IMG/VR virus record: IMGVR_UViG_3300043676_000014
Coordinates: 1 to 64,000 of that record
DNA: 64,000 bases
Strand: one strand, 5' to 3'
From: a virus
Lineage: Duplodnaviria > Caudoviricetes
Numbering within the stretch: position 1 is the first letter of the stretch; the number at the start of each line of letters is the position of its first letter. Of the stretch, positions 63,881 through 64,000 are shown piece by piece. The translations under genes and the position numbers were made by a program. The notes beneath the pieces were generated by a model. That model saw nothing but the letters and a program-made list of their open reading frames with translations, had not been told where the DNA came from and did not search any database.

Positions 63881-64000
63881 ATGATCGCATGGACAAATGA
63901 ACAGCAGAATCTCGCCTTGGCCGATGGCTGGGGAGTTTTCGACAACTCGGACCACGGCTTGCGCATCGAACGCCACGACGCGGCGCAACGCTTTGACTGC
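63881..64000 (+). CDS. Hypothetical protein (truncated by window end)
   Basis: AAGGAG RBS after motifs A and B; MIAWTNEQQNLALADGWGVF. Confidence 0.6.
   Translation, partial: MIAWTNEQQNLALADGWGVFDNSDHGLRIERHDAAQRFDC

Larger units (their letters stand above)
1..64000. mobile_element. Temperate siphovirus-like phage genome segment (probably alphaproteobacterial host)
   Basis: Integrase, terminase, HK97-type portal/capsid, tail tube, tape measure, baseplate and endolysin are all present. No host housekeeping genes are seen anywhere in the window. Confidence 0.95.

Noticed and set aside
1-64000. tRNA or rRNA genes
   Set aside because: No cloverleaf or rRNA-like sequence recognised by eye; a tRNAscan/Infernal run is needed to exclude them.

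Overview
The whole window looks like one temperate, long-tailed (siphovirus-like) phage genome, most likely of an alphaproteobacterium. The host is inferred from the RcGTA-like baseplate genes, a CpaC-like pilus domain, the XRE/Xis style and dense GANTC sites. Layout: (i) 1-7084 (+) small early/accessory genes, an HNH nuclease, an excisionase-like gene and a tyrosine integrase; (ii) 7078-7266 an apparently intact attP, which implies the excised or virion form; (iii) 7290-8714 (+) small morons; (iv) 8707-55374 (-) the late operon: terS, terL, fused protease-capsid, portal, head-associated repeat proteins, a ~10 kb block of glycosyl-, methyl- and acetyltransferase genes between head and neck genes, neck/tail genes with a -1 frameshifted chaperone, a 1232-aa tape measure, a GTA-like baseplate, fibres, opposite-strand morons (desaturase/hydroxylase, pilus-secretin N-domain), a LapG-like protease, an endolysin and many membrane proteins; (v) a probable cos region near 55.4 kb; (vi) an XRE regulator and a divergent promoter driving a >7.5 kb array of more than 20 small genes. 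Two candidate undescribed systems stand out. First, the end-of-genome gene-cassette array, whose intergenic spacers are built from conserved blocks (TAACCCC, TACGRCTGATTYY, a GCGCA-N4-TGCGC palindrome and GGAGTC); it includes empty cassettes and an SD-sequestering fold. Second, a virion-operon-embedded glycan synthesis/decoration cluster next to Ser/Thr/Gly-rich repeat proteins. All functional calls come from motif recognition by eye; no database searches were run.
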